From Chloroflexaceae bacterium UBA1466 (GTDB lineage: Bacteria > Chloroflexota > Chloroflexia > Chloroflexales > Chloroflexaceae): a stretch of DNA of 44,166 nt. Of the stretch, positions 1 to 9,327 are shown piece after piece. Made by a program: the position numbers and the translations under genes. Where the stretch lies: NCBI GenBank assembly GCA_002325605.1, contig DCSM01000073.1, positions 1 through 44,166 on the forward strand, given 5' to 3'. The notes under the pieces were generated by a model. That model was not told where the DNA came from. It searched no databases and was given only the letters and a program-made list of their open reading frames with translations. Positions within the stretch are counted from its first letter, which is position 1. Each line of letters begins with the position of its first letter.

Positions 1-65
1 AGACCAACTTGGAAGGTTTTCTTTTAAGGATAAAAAAGTTTCCCCGCAGGGGATGAAGAGGTTGT

Positions 66-3000
66 ATGAAGACACTTTTACTAATCACTTCGTTTGTTGG
101 TTCTATCTTTCTTTTCGCAGCTTTCGGGCAAACCAACCGGTTACCGCTGTTTCCCGAAGCACAACGGGTAGCAATGCTGCGGGGAAATGTAGCAAGCAAG
201 CTAACCAGTCTGGATTTAACCGCTGACTCCGATGAGGATGGGCTTTCAAACCAGGCCGAAGATCTTGACCAAGATGGTGACCCCACAAATGATGATTCAG
301 ATCGAGATGGCATTCCTGACTATCTCGATAGCGACGATGATGGGGATGGGCTTCTGACGAAAGATGAGCTTGGCGCAGTTACAGAACAGCCAACGCCCTA
401 TACGGTTTATTTACCCTTTATCAAAACTAATAATTCAAGCCTCATAAACTTACAAGGGGCCGCTAAAGTAACCTTCAAAGATAGCGATAGCGATGGTGTG
501 CCGGATTATTTAGAAGGTAATGGCACAGATAGCGATAGTGATGGCGTTCCAAACTATCTTGATCCTGATGATGATGGGGACGGACTTCCCACAAAGGTCG
601 AGGGTTTAAAGGATACGGATAAGGATGGCGTACCTGATTATAAAGAGCGCAATGATCTTGATAGCAATAGTGATGGGCTGAAGGATTTTGAAGATCCCAA
701 GACCTTCGCCCCCGTCGTTGCGCCCAGCTTGCCTATACCCGCCTGCATTGGGGCTGAAGCTGCTGAAGTGCTAGTTATCCCTTTGAATAGCGGGCTTACT
801 TCCTTTAGCACGGGGTTTTCCTATTCGGGGCCACTTTCCCTCACGGTGGTCGGCGGGGGCCGGACCGATGCCCAAAGCCCCTTTCGAGATGCCCTTTACC
901 TCCTTACTGATAACAGTGGCAACCTTGTTAGCCAAACCCCGCAACAAGCAGACTCAACGGTTGGCGGGTTATGGATCAACGAGCAACTTCCCGCTAAGGT
1001 GATCATCGGCGGGCAACTTCCCCCTTACAGCAAAGATCACCTTTATCGCTTGCCAATCAATGTAGCAGCGGGGGCGGTTGCCTTTCGCGTCGCTGATAGT
1101 GATCCCGCCGATAATAAGGGCTTCTACACGATCTTTGTGTGTGGCACGGGCAGCCCCATTCCTGGCCGCACGCCCCAGCCCCCTCCAAAGCCCATTGCTA
1201 CGCCACCAGCCCTTCCCTCCGCGACGGTGCTTCCCAACCCTACCGTTCCGCTTGGCCCTTCGCACACCCCAACCCATACCCCGAAGGTTTCAAGTTCCAA
1301 AACCCCAACCCGTACCCCGACGAGTCTCATTAAAACCTCGCCGACTAGCACATCTTCCAAGGTTAGTTTACCGACGGCCACGGCCACGGCCACAGCTACC
1401 CCAATCCCCCCATGTGTAGGGGGGGAACGTTTGGAAGTTACCGTTGCGGGGCAACCCGTAGACCTCACTACTTCCCAGGCATATAAAGATCGGGTGAGTA
1501 TTAGTGTTTCAGGGCAAGGTAAAAGCCACGGTTTGCCAAGTGATGCGTTCTATATCTTTGCGGATAGTGATGGAACCGCAAGTTTTCCCTGGTCGCCACC
1601 CGATGGTTTGTTGCGGATAGGTGATCAACGTATTCAAGATATAGCGATTGGGGGGGCACTACCATACTATAACGAAGCCCATAGCTATAGATTTGAGATC
1701 AATGCAACCGACCAACCCCTGACCTTCAATGTAGGGGAGCTTGATTCGACTGAAAATAGCGGGAAATATGCGTTTACAATTTGCCCTAAAGCCGCCAATT
1801 TTGTGCCTTTCGTGGGGGGCATCAGAGCTTTCACGACAACTACTTCCTATGAAGGGCTTGTCACCTTGCTAGTGACGGGGAAAGGGCAAGCGCTGGGCAA
1901 CCGCTGGAGCGATCCTTTCTACCTTATCAGCGATGTTGATGATAGCCCAATTCTTCCCTGGCATCCAACCGATTGGGTGCTTTGGATTAACGGCCAACCT
2001 GCTGAAAACTTCATTGTTGGCGGCCAAATTCCTGCTTATCGGGAAGATCATACTTACGAAGTGCAACTCAAAGTCCCGCCAGGCCCCTTGACCTTTGGGG
2101 TCGGCGAGAAAGACCCAACGGGCAACACGGGGAGTTATCAGATCGACCTTTATAGTGTCCCTGTTGTTTCAACTCCTTCGCCCATAGGCTCTGAAGCTTC
2201 ACCTTCTGCAACCCAAGGCCCCACAAATACACCCAATGCAGCGGAACTTATTGCCACTGCTGGGGGCACAACCTTGACCCCCACCCGAACTCCTATGCCC
2301 ACCAAAACTGCTTCGCCTACCGCGAATGGGCAAATCCCAACTGAAACACCACTTGTACCCATTTCTACGACTCTTGAACCAACGGTCACACCTGGCGGGC
2401 CAACCCTTACCCCAAGTAATACACCTTCCCCAGCTGATCTGCCCACGGCTACACCTCAACCGGCCATTACTCTGAACGTTCCTGCCAGTTTTATAACCAG
2501 CAGCACAGGAAATAATATTGAGGCTGTTGCGACGCTTAATGGAACTGCGGCCCAAACGCAGACCGTGAGCTTTTCGATTACTGCGGGTGGCGGAAGCCTT
2601 GCATCAGGTAGTGCAACAACGGACGCTTCGGGTAAAGCAACAACAACCTTGACTGCACCAAGTAGTGCCCAGAATATCACCTTGCAAGCTTGCATTAAGG
2701 GGGTTTGCGCTTCAAAGGTTGTAATCATTGCAAATCCGCTCCAGCTAGTCCTTAGCCTTACGGCCCCCACCAAATTGAGCGCTAATTCAACCTCAAACTA
2801 TGGTGCTTTCTATGCTGCCGTAACTTTAGGGGGAAGTGCTGCGGTTGGGAAGACCGTCAACTTTACAATCAAAACAGGTGACGGCAGTATCTCGGCTTCT
2901 CCGCTAACTACCGATAACAATGGCAAAGCTTATACAACTTTTAATGCCCCCAGTACCGTCGGGACGGTCAATATAGAAGCTTGTGTGGTTGGGGGCAATT

Positions 3001-4859
3001 GTGTCGCTCAAAATATCGCTATTTTGACCCCTCCCCGCTCAGTTTGCCCCAAACCGCAAGCCTATTCCGATGATTTCACAGATCCTGCCTTTACGAAGGA
3101 AAAATGGACCTACGTTGCTCCCCCAGCAGGTGATATGCCTGCGGCAGATTGGGATGCGAATAAGTACTTCAATGGGAACAGCGTGATCTTTCCTGTCCCT
3201 GGGGGTAAAGCCCATGATGTTGCAGGACCAACAGGGATTGAAGTTCCCTACATCAAACAGGCGGCCAGTGTAGCGGCGGATAAAGAGTTTGACTTTGAGG
3301 TGAAGTTCGATTCTAAACCCACGGGCATGTATGCGATGCAAGGAATTCTAGTCTTCCTGAAGAATGGGAACTATTTGCGCTTCAGCTATTACAGCAAGGA
3401 TTCTACAAGCGGAACTATCTATGCGTATGCCGCCGAATACACTAGCGCAGGAGCGGTTACTGGTAGTACGAGCGAGGTTGCCCTTAAGGGTAAAGTTGTT
3501 CCTCTCTACATGCGAGCCGAGCGCGTCTTTTATGATCCTGCAAAGCCCGATGTAAATCCGAAGCCGAAGCTCAACAGTTCCCTCCGTTCAGACTATCGGA
3601 TTTGGTTTTCGGCCAATGGAACAGCTTGGGGTGCATCAGGCGCAAAACTTGGGCGGGACAACGCTGAAGTTATAGGCGTTGCCATTTTTGCGGGGAACGC
3701 GGGGGTAGGCACAACGGCCCCAGCTTTCACAAGCAAGATAGACTACTTCAATGCGAATGGGATTGACACCGCCAATAAGCCTACTAAAGACCCCGACTAC
3801 CCTGACCAAGCTACTGATAACTGTGCGATTTCACCCGAAGACGGGAGCGAAAAGCCCTGGTTTGAGGTTTGGTATGGGGATAATCAGCAGTTTGGGCAAA
3901 AGGGCAATCCCCAGCAATGGCTAAACATTTTGGGGCGCGTCACTGATTCGCATCTGCCCTACACCGTCACCTACGCGCTCAATGAGCGAGCCGCTACGAC
4001 CATTTCCGTTGGGCCAAAAGCAGTCTCAGGTAAAGCTCTGGGTTATCACCGCCTCATTGCCCAAGGAGATTTCAACATTGAGTTGGATAAAGACTTGATG
4101 AACTCAGGCGCGAATACGGTGCGAATTACGGCCACCAATAGTGTCGGGGGCACGGCGGTGAAGGTTGTAAACGTAAACTATACGAAGGATGTAGTCTGGC
4201 CTTTATCCTACAATATAGACTGGAGTGCAGCAACTTCCATCAATGATGTTGCCCAAATTGTTGATGGCAAGTGGCTTTTGGACAAAACGAATAGTGCTAT
4301 CTGTACCGCTGAACCAGGTTATGATCGGTTAGTCGCGCTAGGCGATATGACATCATGGAAAAACTATGAAGTGCTTGTCCCCGTAACTATTCGGCCCTTC
4401 CCTGTAACAACTCAATTCATTGGAATTGGGATTGTTGCCCGCTGGCAAGGCCATTACATGGATGGCTCAAACGAAATTAACCCGCGCATGGGCTGGAATC
4501 AAATTGGGGGATACGGTTTCTGGGAGAAAAATGGTGCAACAGGCACGGCCTATAAGCTCCGAATTCTAGGATATGCTGAAGAGAAAGTTGCGCCAGCTGT
4601 GGATGACCCAACGACGCTCAATCTCACTCCAGGGAAGCGCTACTGGATTAAGTTCCGCGTGGAGACTACAACTACCTATCAAAAGGGTTACTATTACCTC
4701 AAGATATGGAAAGATGGAGATGCAGAACCAGCAGCCTGGCAACGTGAAGGTAAGGCAGGCACTACCGCAACTTCATATAAAAGTAGTGGCTCTGTGGTGC
4801 TGGTTGCTCACTACGCCGACGTTTGCTATGGCAATGTCAGGGTAACGAAGATTCCGTAG
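66..4859 (+). CDS. Giant secreted multidomain protein: signal peptide, thrombospondin-type-3-like Ca-binding repeats, 3x unassigned ~125-aa module, Pro/Thr linkers, 2x Big_1-like Ig domains, 2x LamG/DUF1080-like lectin-fold domains
   Basis: Uninterrupted 4.8-kb ORF. N-terminal signal peptide MKTLLLITSFVGSIFLFAAFG. Repeated DxDxDGxxDxxD loops (DSDSDGVPDYLE, DSDSDGVPNYLD, DTDKDGVPDYKE). PT-rich linkers. Ig-like repeats with TTDASGKATTTLTAPS / TTDNNGKAYTTFNAPS. Strong hairpin terminator immediately downstream. Confidence 0.85.
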   Translation: MKTLLLITSFVGSIFLFAAFGQTNRLPLFPEAQRVAMLRGNVASKLTSLDLTADSDEDGLSNQAEDLDQDGDPTNDDSDRDGIPDYLDSDDDGDGLLTKDELGAVTEQPTPYTVYLPFIKTNNSSLINLQGAAKVTFKDSDSDGVPDYLEGNGTDSDSDGVPNYLDPDDDGDGLPTKVEGLKDTDKDGVPDYKERNDLDSNSDGLKDFEDPKTFAPVVAPSLPIPACIGAEAAEVLVIPLNSGLTSFSTGFSYSGPLSLTVVGGGRTDAQSPFRDALYLLTDNSGNLVSQTPQQADSTVGGLWINEQLPAKVIIGGQLPPYSKDHLYRLPINVAAGAVAFRVADSDPADNKGFYTIFVCGTGSPIPGRTPQPPPKPIATPPALPSATVLPNPTVPLGPSHTPTHTPKVSSSKTPTRTPTSLIKTSPTSTSSKVSLPTATATATATPIPPCVGGERLEVTVAGQPVDLTTSQAYKDRVSISVSGQGKSHGLPSDAFYIFADSDGTASFPWSPPDGLLRIGDQRIQDIAIGGALPYYNEAHSYRFEINATDQPLTFNVGELDSTENSGKYAFTICPKAANFVPFVGGIRAFTTTTSYEGLVTLLVTGKGQALGNRWSDPFYLISDVDDSPILPWHPTDWVLWINGQPAENFIVGGQIPAYREDHTYEVQLKVPPGPLTFGVGEKDPTGNTGSYQIDLYSVPVVSTPSPIGSEASPSATQGPTNTPNAAELIATAGGTTLTPTRTPMPTKTASPTANGQIPTETPLVPISTTLEPTVTPGGPTLTPSNTPSPADLPTATPQPAITLNVPASFITSSTGNNIEAVATLNGTAAQTQTVSFSITAGGGSLASGSATTDASGKATTTLTAPSSAQNITLQACIKGVCASKVVIIANPLQLVLSLTAPTKLSANSTSNYGAFYAAVTLGGSAAVGKTVNFTIKTGDGSISASPLTTDNNGKAYTTFNAPSTVGTVNIEACVVGGNCVAQNIAILTPPRSVCPKPQAYSDDFTDPAFTKEKWTYVAPPAGDMPAADWDANKYFNGNSVIFPVPGGKAHDVAGPTGIEVPYIKQAASVAADKEFDFEVKFDSKPTGMYAMQGILVFLKNGNYLRFSYYSKDSTSGTIYAYAAEYTSAGAVTGSTSEVALKGKVVPLYMRAERVFYDPAKPDVNPKPKLNSSLRSDYRIWFSANGTAWGASGAKLGRDNAEVIGVAIFAGNAGVGTTAPAFTSKIDYFNANGIDTANKPTKDPDYPDQATDNCAISPEDGSEKPWFEVWYGDNQQFGQKGNPQQWLNILGRVTDSHLPYTVTYALNERAATTISVGPKAVSGKALGYHRLIAQGDFNIELDKDLMNSGANTVRITATNSVGGTAVKVVNVNYTKDVVWPLSYNIDWSAATSINDVAQIVDGKWLLDKTNSAICTAEPGYDRLVALGDMTSWKNYEVLVPVTIRPFPVTTQFIGIGIVARWQGHYMDGSNEINPRMGWNQIGGYGFWEKNGATGTAYKLRILGYAEEKVAPAVDDPTTLNLTPGKRYWIKFRVETTTTYQKGYYYLKIWKDGDAEPAAWQREGKAGTTATSYKSSGSVVLVAHYADVCYGNVRVTKIP

Positions 4860-4888
4860 GGAAAGAGGAGAGGGAAGGGGAAAACTAA

Positions 4889-4930
4889 GCGGCTGGTATG
4901 GTTTAGAACCATACCAGCCGCCTTTTATTT
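4889..4930. terminator. Bidirectional intrinsic terminator between convergent genes
   Basis: Perfect 13-bp stem GCGGCTGGTATGG / CCATACCAGCCGC (4889-4901 / 4909-4921). CTTTTATTT follows on the + strand, and AAAACTAA precedes it (T-rich when read on the - strand). Confidence 0.8.
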
Positions 4931-4948
4931 GAACGACCTGCGCTTAGA

Positions 4949-6838
4949 CTACTCTACGGTATATTCCCCATCAACCACGCCAGGATCTTTGCTGGTTGAA
5001 GTCGCCCCACCATCCGTTGGTTGGCCAGCTTGAGGCCCTTCCGCGTAGGCGCTTTGCGAAACTTTATACATCTCTTGCTGCAACTCATTAGTGAGGCGCT
5101 TCATCTTCTCCTCATCATCCTCATCCATCGCCTGCCGCAGGTCTTTGATCAAACCCTCAACCTTTGTCCGCAGGGCACTCTCTACCTTATCCCCCAAGTC
5201 GTTTAGGCTCCGTTCAGCTTGATAGGCACTGCTATCACTCTGGTTCCTGATCTCGACCTTATCCCGCCGCTGTTTGTCCTCATCGGCATGGGCTTCAGCT
5301 TCCCGCACCATCCGCTCGGTCTCATCCTTGCTAAGGTTGGTACTGGCCGTGATGGTAATACGTTGCTCCCGGCCTGTCGCCTGGTCGCGGGCCGAAACAT
5401 GTAAGATCCCATTCGCATCAATATCAAAGCGGACCTTGATCTGGGGTACACCCCGTGGCGCAGCAGGAATCCCCTCCAAGCGAAACCGCCCTAAAGTCAT
5501 ATTATCGCCTGCCATTTCCCGCTCCCCCTGGAGAACATGAATATCTACTGCGGTCTGCCCATCAGCGGCAGTCGAGAAGATCTCCTCCTTCTGGGAAGGG
5601 ATCGAAGTATTCCGCTCAATCAGGCGCGTCATCACGCCCCCTAAAGTTTCAACCCCCAGGGAGAGCGGTGTAACATCGAGCAGCACAACGTCTTTGACAT
5701 CCCCAGATAGCACACCCGCTTGAATCGCCGCCCCCAAGGCTACGACCTCATCAGGGTTGACGCTCTTGTTTGGCTCTTTACCTGTCAGCTTCCGAACAAG
5801 GTCTTGCACTAAAGGCATCCGTGTCGAGCCACCTACCAGCACTACCTCATCAAGGTCGCCTGGCTTTAGTTTGGCATCTTGAAGAGCTTGGAAAAAGGGC
5901 CCCTTTAGACGGTCTGTCAAATCCTGCGTCTGCTGCTCAAATTTGGCCCGACTCAGCTTGATCACCAAGTGCTTTGGCCCACTTGCGTCAGCAGTGATGA
6001 AGGGAAGGTTGATCTCGGTTTCCATCATGCTCGAAAGCTCGACCTTTGCCTTCTCAGCAGCTTCCTTCAGCCGCTGCAACGCTTGCCGATCTTTCCCTAA
6101 GTCAATCCCCTGATCCTTCTTGAACTCCTCAATCAACCACAGAGCGATCCGTTGATCATAGTCGTCCCCTCCCAGATGCGTATCTCCGTTGGTTGACCGG
6201 ACTTCCACCAGCCCTTCACTAACTTCTAGGATTGAGACATCAAAGGTTCCACCCCCAAAGTCAAAGACTAAGATGGTTTCATCTTTCTTTTTATCTAACC
6301 CGTAAGCTAAGGCCGCCGCCGTCGGCTCATTGATAATCCGCAAGACCTCCAAACCCGCAATCTTTCCCGCATCTTTTGTCGCCTGGCGCTGGCTATCATT
6401 GAAGTAAGCGGGAACCGTGATTACCGCCTTTGTCACAGCTTCCCCAAGATAAGCTTCGGCATCCTCTTTGAGCTTCCGCAAGACCATCGCGCTAATCTCT
6501 TGCGGCGCGTATTCCTTGGCCGTCTGCTCTGAACGAATCCGCACATCGCCACGCGGGCCTTTGATCACGCCAAAGGGAACCATCGAGCGTTCGCTGACCG
6601 TCTCATCGTAATCGCGCCCAATAAACCGCTTGATCGAGAAAAAGGTGTTTTCAGGGTTGACTGTTGCCTGCCGTTTGGCAGTCTGCCCAACCAACCGTTC
6701 CGCATTCTTGGCGAAGGCGATTACCGAGGGAGTCGTGCGATTGCCCTCGGCGTTAGGGATTACCACGGGGTCGCCCGCTTCCATAACGGCGACCACCGAG
6801 TTCGTTGTCCCCAAATCTATTCCAACAACCTTGCTCAT
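4949..6838 (-). CDS. dnaK: Molecular chaperone DnaK (Hsp70)
   Basis: Hsp70 signatures [29 protein letters not shown]. 629 aa. SD AGAGGA a few nt upstream of the ATG. Confidence 0.97.
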   Translation of the reverse strand: MSKVVGIDLGTTNSVVAVMEAGDPVVIPNAEGNRTTPSVIAFAKNAERLVGQTAKRQATVNPENTFFSIKRFIGRDYDETVSERSMVPFGVIKGPRGDVRIRSEQTAKEYAPQEISAMVLRKLKEDAEAYLGEAVTKAVITVPAYFNDSQRQATKDAGKIAGLEVLRIINEPTAAALAYGLDKKKDETILVFDFGGGTFDVSILEVSEGLVEVRSTNGDTHLGGDDYDQRIALWLIEEFKKDQGIDLGKDRQALQRLKEAAEKAKVELSSMMETEINLPFITADASGPKHLVIKLSRAKFEQQTQDLTDRLKGPFFQALQDAKLKPGDLDEVVLVGGSTRMPLVQDLVRKLTGKEPNKSVNPDEVVALGAAIQAGVLSGDVKDVVLLDVTPLSLGVETLGGVMTRLIERNTSIPSQKEEIFSTAADGQTAVDIHVLQGEREMAGDNMTLGRFRLEGIPAAPRGVPQIKVRFDIDANGILHVSARDQATGREQRITITASTNLSKDETERMVREAEAHADEDKQRRDKVEIRNQSDSSAYQAERSLNDLGDKVESALRTKVEGLIKDLRQAMDEDDEEKMKRLTNELQQEMYKVSQSAYAEGPQAGQPTDGGATSTSKDPGVVDGEYTVE

Positions 6839-7080
6839 TTATTTTCCTCTTACACTATTTCAGCATGTAAAATTGCCACGTTCCTAGTTTACTCGCATTT
6901 TGGCCTCTGGGATGCAAGAAAGGTATTAGAGTTTTGTTTGAATCTGCCCCTGCCAGCCCTAATCTGGCGGAAGTTGGGCAAATATGACAGGCAAAGCAAA
7001 GCTGCCTATCCTCTATGGCAAGTATTTAGGGGCAGACATGACGAGTAGCCGTGAACGAGGATTTGAACCTGGGTCAATTG

Positions 7081-7089
7081 TGGTAAACT
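7081..7089 (+). promoter_or_regulatory. Putative extended -10 promoter (TGGTAAACT) for aroQ
   Basis: TGn + TAAACT lies 20 nt upstream of the aroQ ATG. SD AAGGAGG at 7095-7101. The same 10-mer GTGGTAAACT recurs at 10801-10810. Confidence 0.4.
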
Positions 7090-7108
7090 TAGCCAAGGAG
7101 GAAATACT

Positions 7109-7540
7109 ATGAAGATTTTAGTAGTTCATGGCCCGAATCTCAGTAAGCTGGGCAAACGCCAGCCTGAGATTTATGGTCACAAGACGTTAGCGGACATCAA
7201 CATTGCGCTTTTGGAACGCGGTTCGCAAGCCGGGGCAGCTTTGACTTTCTACCAGTCTAACCACGAAGGGCATCTGCTTGACTTCCTCCAGGCGGGAAGT
7301 GAGGTCGCTGAGGGAATCATCATCAATCCAGGGGCGCTGACGCATTATGGTCTGTCCCTGCGCGATGCGCTGGCCAACTTTAGTTGCCCCATCATTGAGG
7401 TGCATCTTTCCAATGTCTACAAGCGGGAGGAGTTTCGCCACACATCCGTGACTGCACCAGTGGTAACGGGGCAGATTACAGGGCTGGGCTGGCGCGGGTA
7501 TCTCCTGGCGTTGGAATGGTTATTGGCCGAGAAAGGCTGA
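7109..7540 (+). CDS. aroQ: 3-dehydroquinate dehydratase, type II
   Basis: Motifs HGPNLSKLGKRQPEIYG, INPGALTHYGLSLRDAL, EVHLSNVYKREEFRH. 143 aa. Strong SD. Confidence 0.95.
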   Translation: MKILVVHGPNLSKLGKRQPEIYGHKTLADINIALLERGSQAGAALTFYQSNHEGHLLDFLQAGSEVAEGIIINPGALTHYGLSLRDALANFSCPIIEVHLSNVYKREEFRHTSVTAPVVTGQITGLGWRGYLLALEWLLAEKG

Positions 7541-7571
7541 GGCCCAAAGGCATTAGAATGCTCTTTAGGCC
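7541..7571. terminator. Imperfect long hairpin between convergent aroQ and aminotransferase genes (no U-tract)
   Basis: GGCCCAAAGGCATT..AATGCTCTTTAGGCC, about 13 bp with one bulge and one mismatch. It fills almost all of the 45-nt gap between the two stop codons. Confidence 0.35.
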
Positions 7572-7585
7572 TCATTGGAAGCAGC

Positions 7586-8806
7586 TTATTTCACGGCTGC
7601 GGCAAAGCGGGTTAAGCCTTCGAGGATGTTAGCTTTGCTTTGGGCGTAAGACAAACGGAGGTAGCCTGGTGCGCCAAAGGCTTCACCAGGCACGACCCCT
7701 ATTTGAGCGTGGTCGAGGAGGTAGTTAGCCAGTTCATTGCTGGTTTGACAGACCTTACCGCCATTGAGCGGGCGGTTGAGAAGCCCCTCTACGTTGGGGA
7801 AAACATAGAAAGCTCCCTCTGGAATGGCGCAAGTCACGCCAGGAATGGCGGTCAAACCCGCGACGATGACATCCCGCCGCTCCAGAAAAGCCCCGACTCT
7901 TTCCCGGACGATCTCATCTAGCTCGGCTGAGGGGGTATAAGCGGCCAAAGCCGCATATTGAGCAATCGAAGTTGGGTGGGTAGTCGAATGACTTTGGATT
8001 GCCTTAATCGCCTCAATGATCTCTTTATGCCCCGCAATATAACCAATCCGCCAGCCTGTCATGGCATAAGACTTCGAAACCCCATTGACCACCAAAGTCT
8101 GCTCGACTAAATCGGGAGCCAACCGCAGCCAAGAGGGATATTCCCCATTGTAACAGATGGTATTATAGATTTCGTCGCTAAGGACGATGATCCCTGTCCC
8201 ACGTACCGCAGCAGCTAAAGCTTGCAATTCAGGAGCGGGGACGACTTCGCCGGTGGGATTGGAAGGGGAATTGAGGATGATAGCACGAGTCTTGGGCGTA
8301 ATCCGCTCAATAATGCGGGCAGCTTTGAAAGCAAACCCCTGCCCTTCGATCATATCTACCACAATCGGCTTGGCGGAAGCCAGCCGCACCTGTTCAATAT
8401 AGCTGACCCAGTAAGGCGCGGGGATAATCACCTCATCGCCCTCGTTACAAATAGCTTGAAAGGCTAAGAACAAAGCCTCTTTAGCTCCGCAAGCTACCGT
8501 GATCTGATTAGCGGTGTAGGCGATTCCTGTTTCCTCGGTGGCACGGCGGGCAATGGCTTGTCGCAGTTCGACTATCCCGCCCGTAGGCGTATAGCGGGTG
8601 AGGTCTTGGTCAATCGCTTTCTGTCCCGCCGCCTTAATCACCGCTGGGGTTGGGAAGTCAGGCTCACCTTGCCCAAACGAAATGACAGGTACGCCTTGGG
8701 CTTTCAGTTGCCCAATTCGGCCAATCAGCCCAATAGTTGCTGAAGGTTCTAATTCCGCCAGGCGCTTACTCAGGCGCAGCGCGGAAAGTTGCACGGTTGA
8801 GGTCAT
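7586..8806 (-). CDS. Class-I pyridoxal-phosphate aminotransferase (aspartate/aromatic type)
   Basis: PLP-lysine motif SKSYAMTGWRIGY, plus GQGEPDFPTP and NSPSNPTG. I prefer the ATG at 8806 (MTSTVQ..., preceded by GGAG at -8). The ORF-track start at 8854 is a TTG with no SD. Confidence 0.9.
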   Translation of the reverse strand: MTSTVQLSALRLSKRLAELEPSATIGLIGRIGQLKAQGVPVISFGQGEPDFPTPAVIKAAGQKAIDQDLTRYTPTGGIVELRQAIARRATEETGIAYTANQITVACGAKEALFLAFQAICNEGDEVIIPAPYWVSYIEQVRLASAKPIVVDMIEGQGFAFKAARIIERITPKTRAIILNSPSNPTGEVVPAPELQALAAAVRGTGIIVLSDEIYNTICYNGEYPSWLRLAPDLVEQTLVVNGVSKSYAMTGWRIGYIAGHKEIIEAIKAIQSHSTTHPTSIAQYAALAAYTPSAELDEIVRERVGAFLERRDVIVAGLTAIPGVTCAIPEGAFYVFPNVEGLLNRPLNGGKVCQTSNELANYLLDHAQIGVVPGEAFGAPGYLRLSYAQSKANILEGLTRFAAAVK

Positions 8807-8902
8807 AATTTTGCTCCAATACTGTTTATTCTTCCTGAAAAGGTAACTTAACAAGGCAGACTAGAAGCCTGCCCCAGATCCTGCTTTTTTGACTTTCGCG
8901 TG

Positions 8903-8911
8903 ATTATAACA
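8903..8911 (-). promoter_or_regulatory. Putative extended -10 promoter (TGTTATAAT on - strand) for the aminotransferase gene
   Basis: The reverse complement of ATTATAACA gives TGTTATAAT, a perfect TGn+TATAAT, about 95 nt upstream of the 8806 start. Confidence 0.5.
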
Positions 8912-9050
8912 TAGTTCCCATTAAGCGCAGACCTGCGCTTTCAAAGGAGCAGGGTTGCTCTAGCGAAAGACCAGACTCCCGTGACTAGATTGTAAGCACC
9001 ATTGTAGAACGTGCAAGAAAAAGCAGTCGCCCTAATCAGGTTGGAAATTG

Positions 9051-9059
9051 TGCTACAAT
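9051..9059 (+). promoter_or_regulatory. Putative extended -10 promoter (TGCTACAAT)
   Basis: TGn+TACAAT lies 22 nt upstream of the ATG at 9081. Confidence 0.45.
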
Positions 9060-9080
9060 GAAGCGTAGCCTCCTTAGAAC

Positions 9081-9323
9081 ATGGCTAAATTTGCGAAAGG
9101 AAAGAAATCAATGCTAACCGTGGCGCAGATCATAGAGTTTTTGACGCAGATGTTGGCTGAAGACCGTTTGCAAGGAGATAAGGTCGGTTTGAAACATATT
9201 CAGACTACGGCTGGTTTGTTGTTGACAGCGGCTGAAGCGGTAGGCGATAAAGATACGGCCTATAAATTTCGGTTGTTAGCGGCTCAAGCGGCCAACAAAC
9301 AAGAATCCTTAGAGAAAGATTGA
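9081..9323 (+). CDS. Hypothetical small protein (80 aa; possibly 70 aa from the ATG at 9111)
   Basis: ORF ends 4 nt before the SEDS gene. No recognisable motif. The ATG at 9081 has no SD, whereas the ATG at 9111 has GGAAAG upstream. Confidence 0.5.
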   Translation: MAKFAKGKKSMLTVAQIIEFLTQMLAEDRLQGDKVGLKHIQTTAGLLLTAAEAVGDKDTAYKFRLLAAQAANKQESLEKD

Positions 9324-9327
9324 GGTT

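Noticed and set aside
1078-1468. ORF-track ORFs on both strands (113, 114 and 64 aa) inside the exoprotein gene
   Set aside because: They lie entirely within the Pro/Thr-linker region of a strongly supported 4.8-kb gene. Their Pro/Arg/Gly-rich products are frame-shifted or mirror images of the low-complexity linker.
8807-8854. 16-aa extension of the aminotransferase (TTG start)
   Set aside because: It is a TTG codon without an SD. The ATG at 8806 has GGAG 8 nt upstream and gives the usual family N-terminus.
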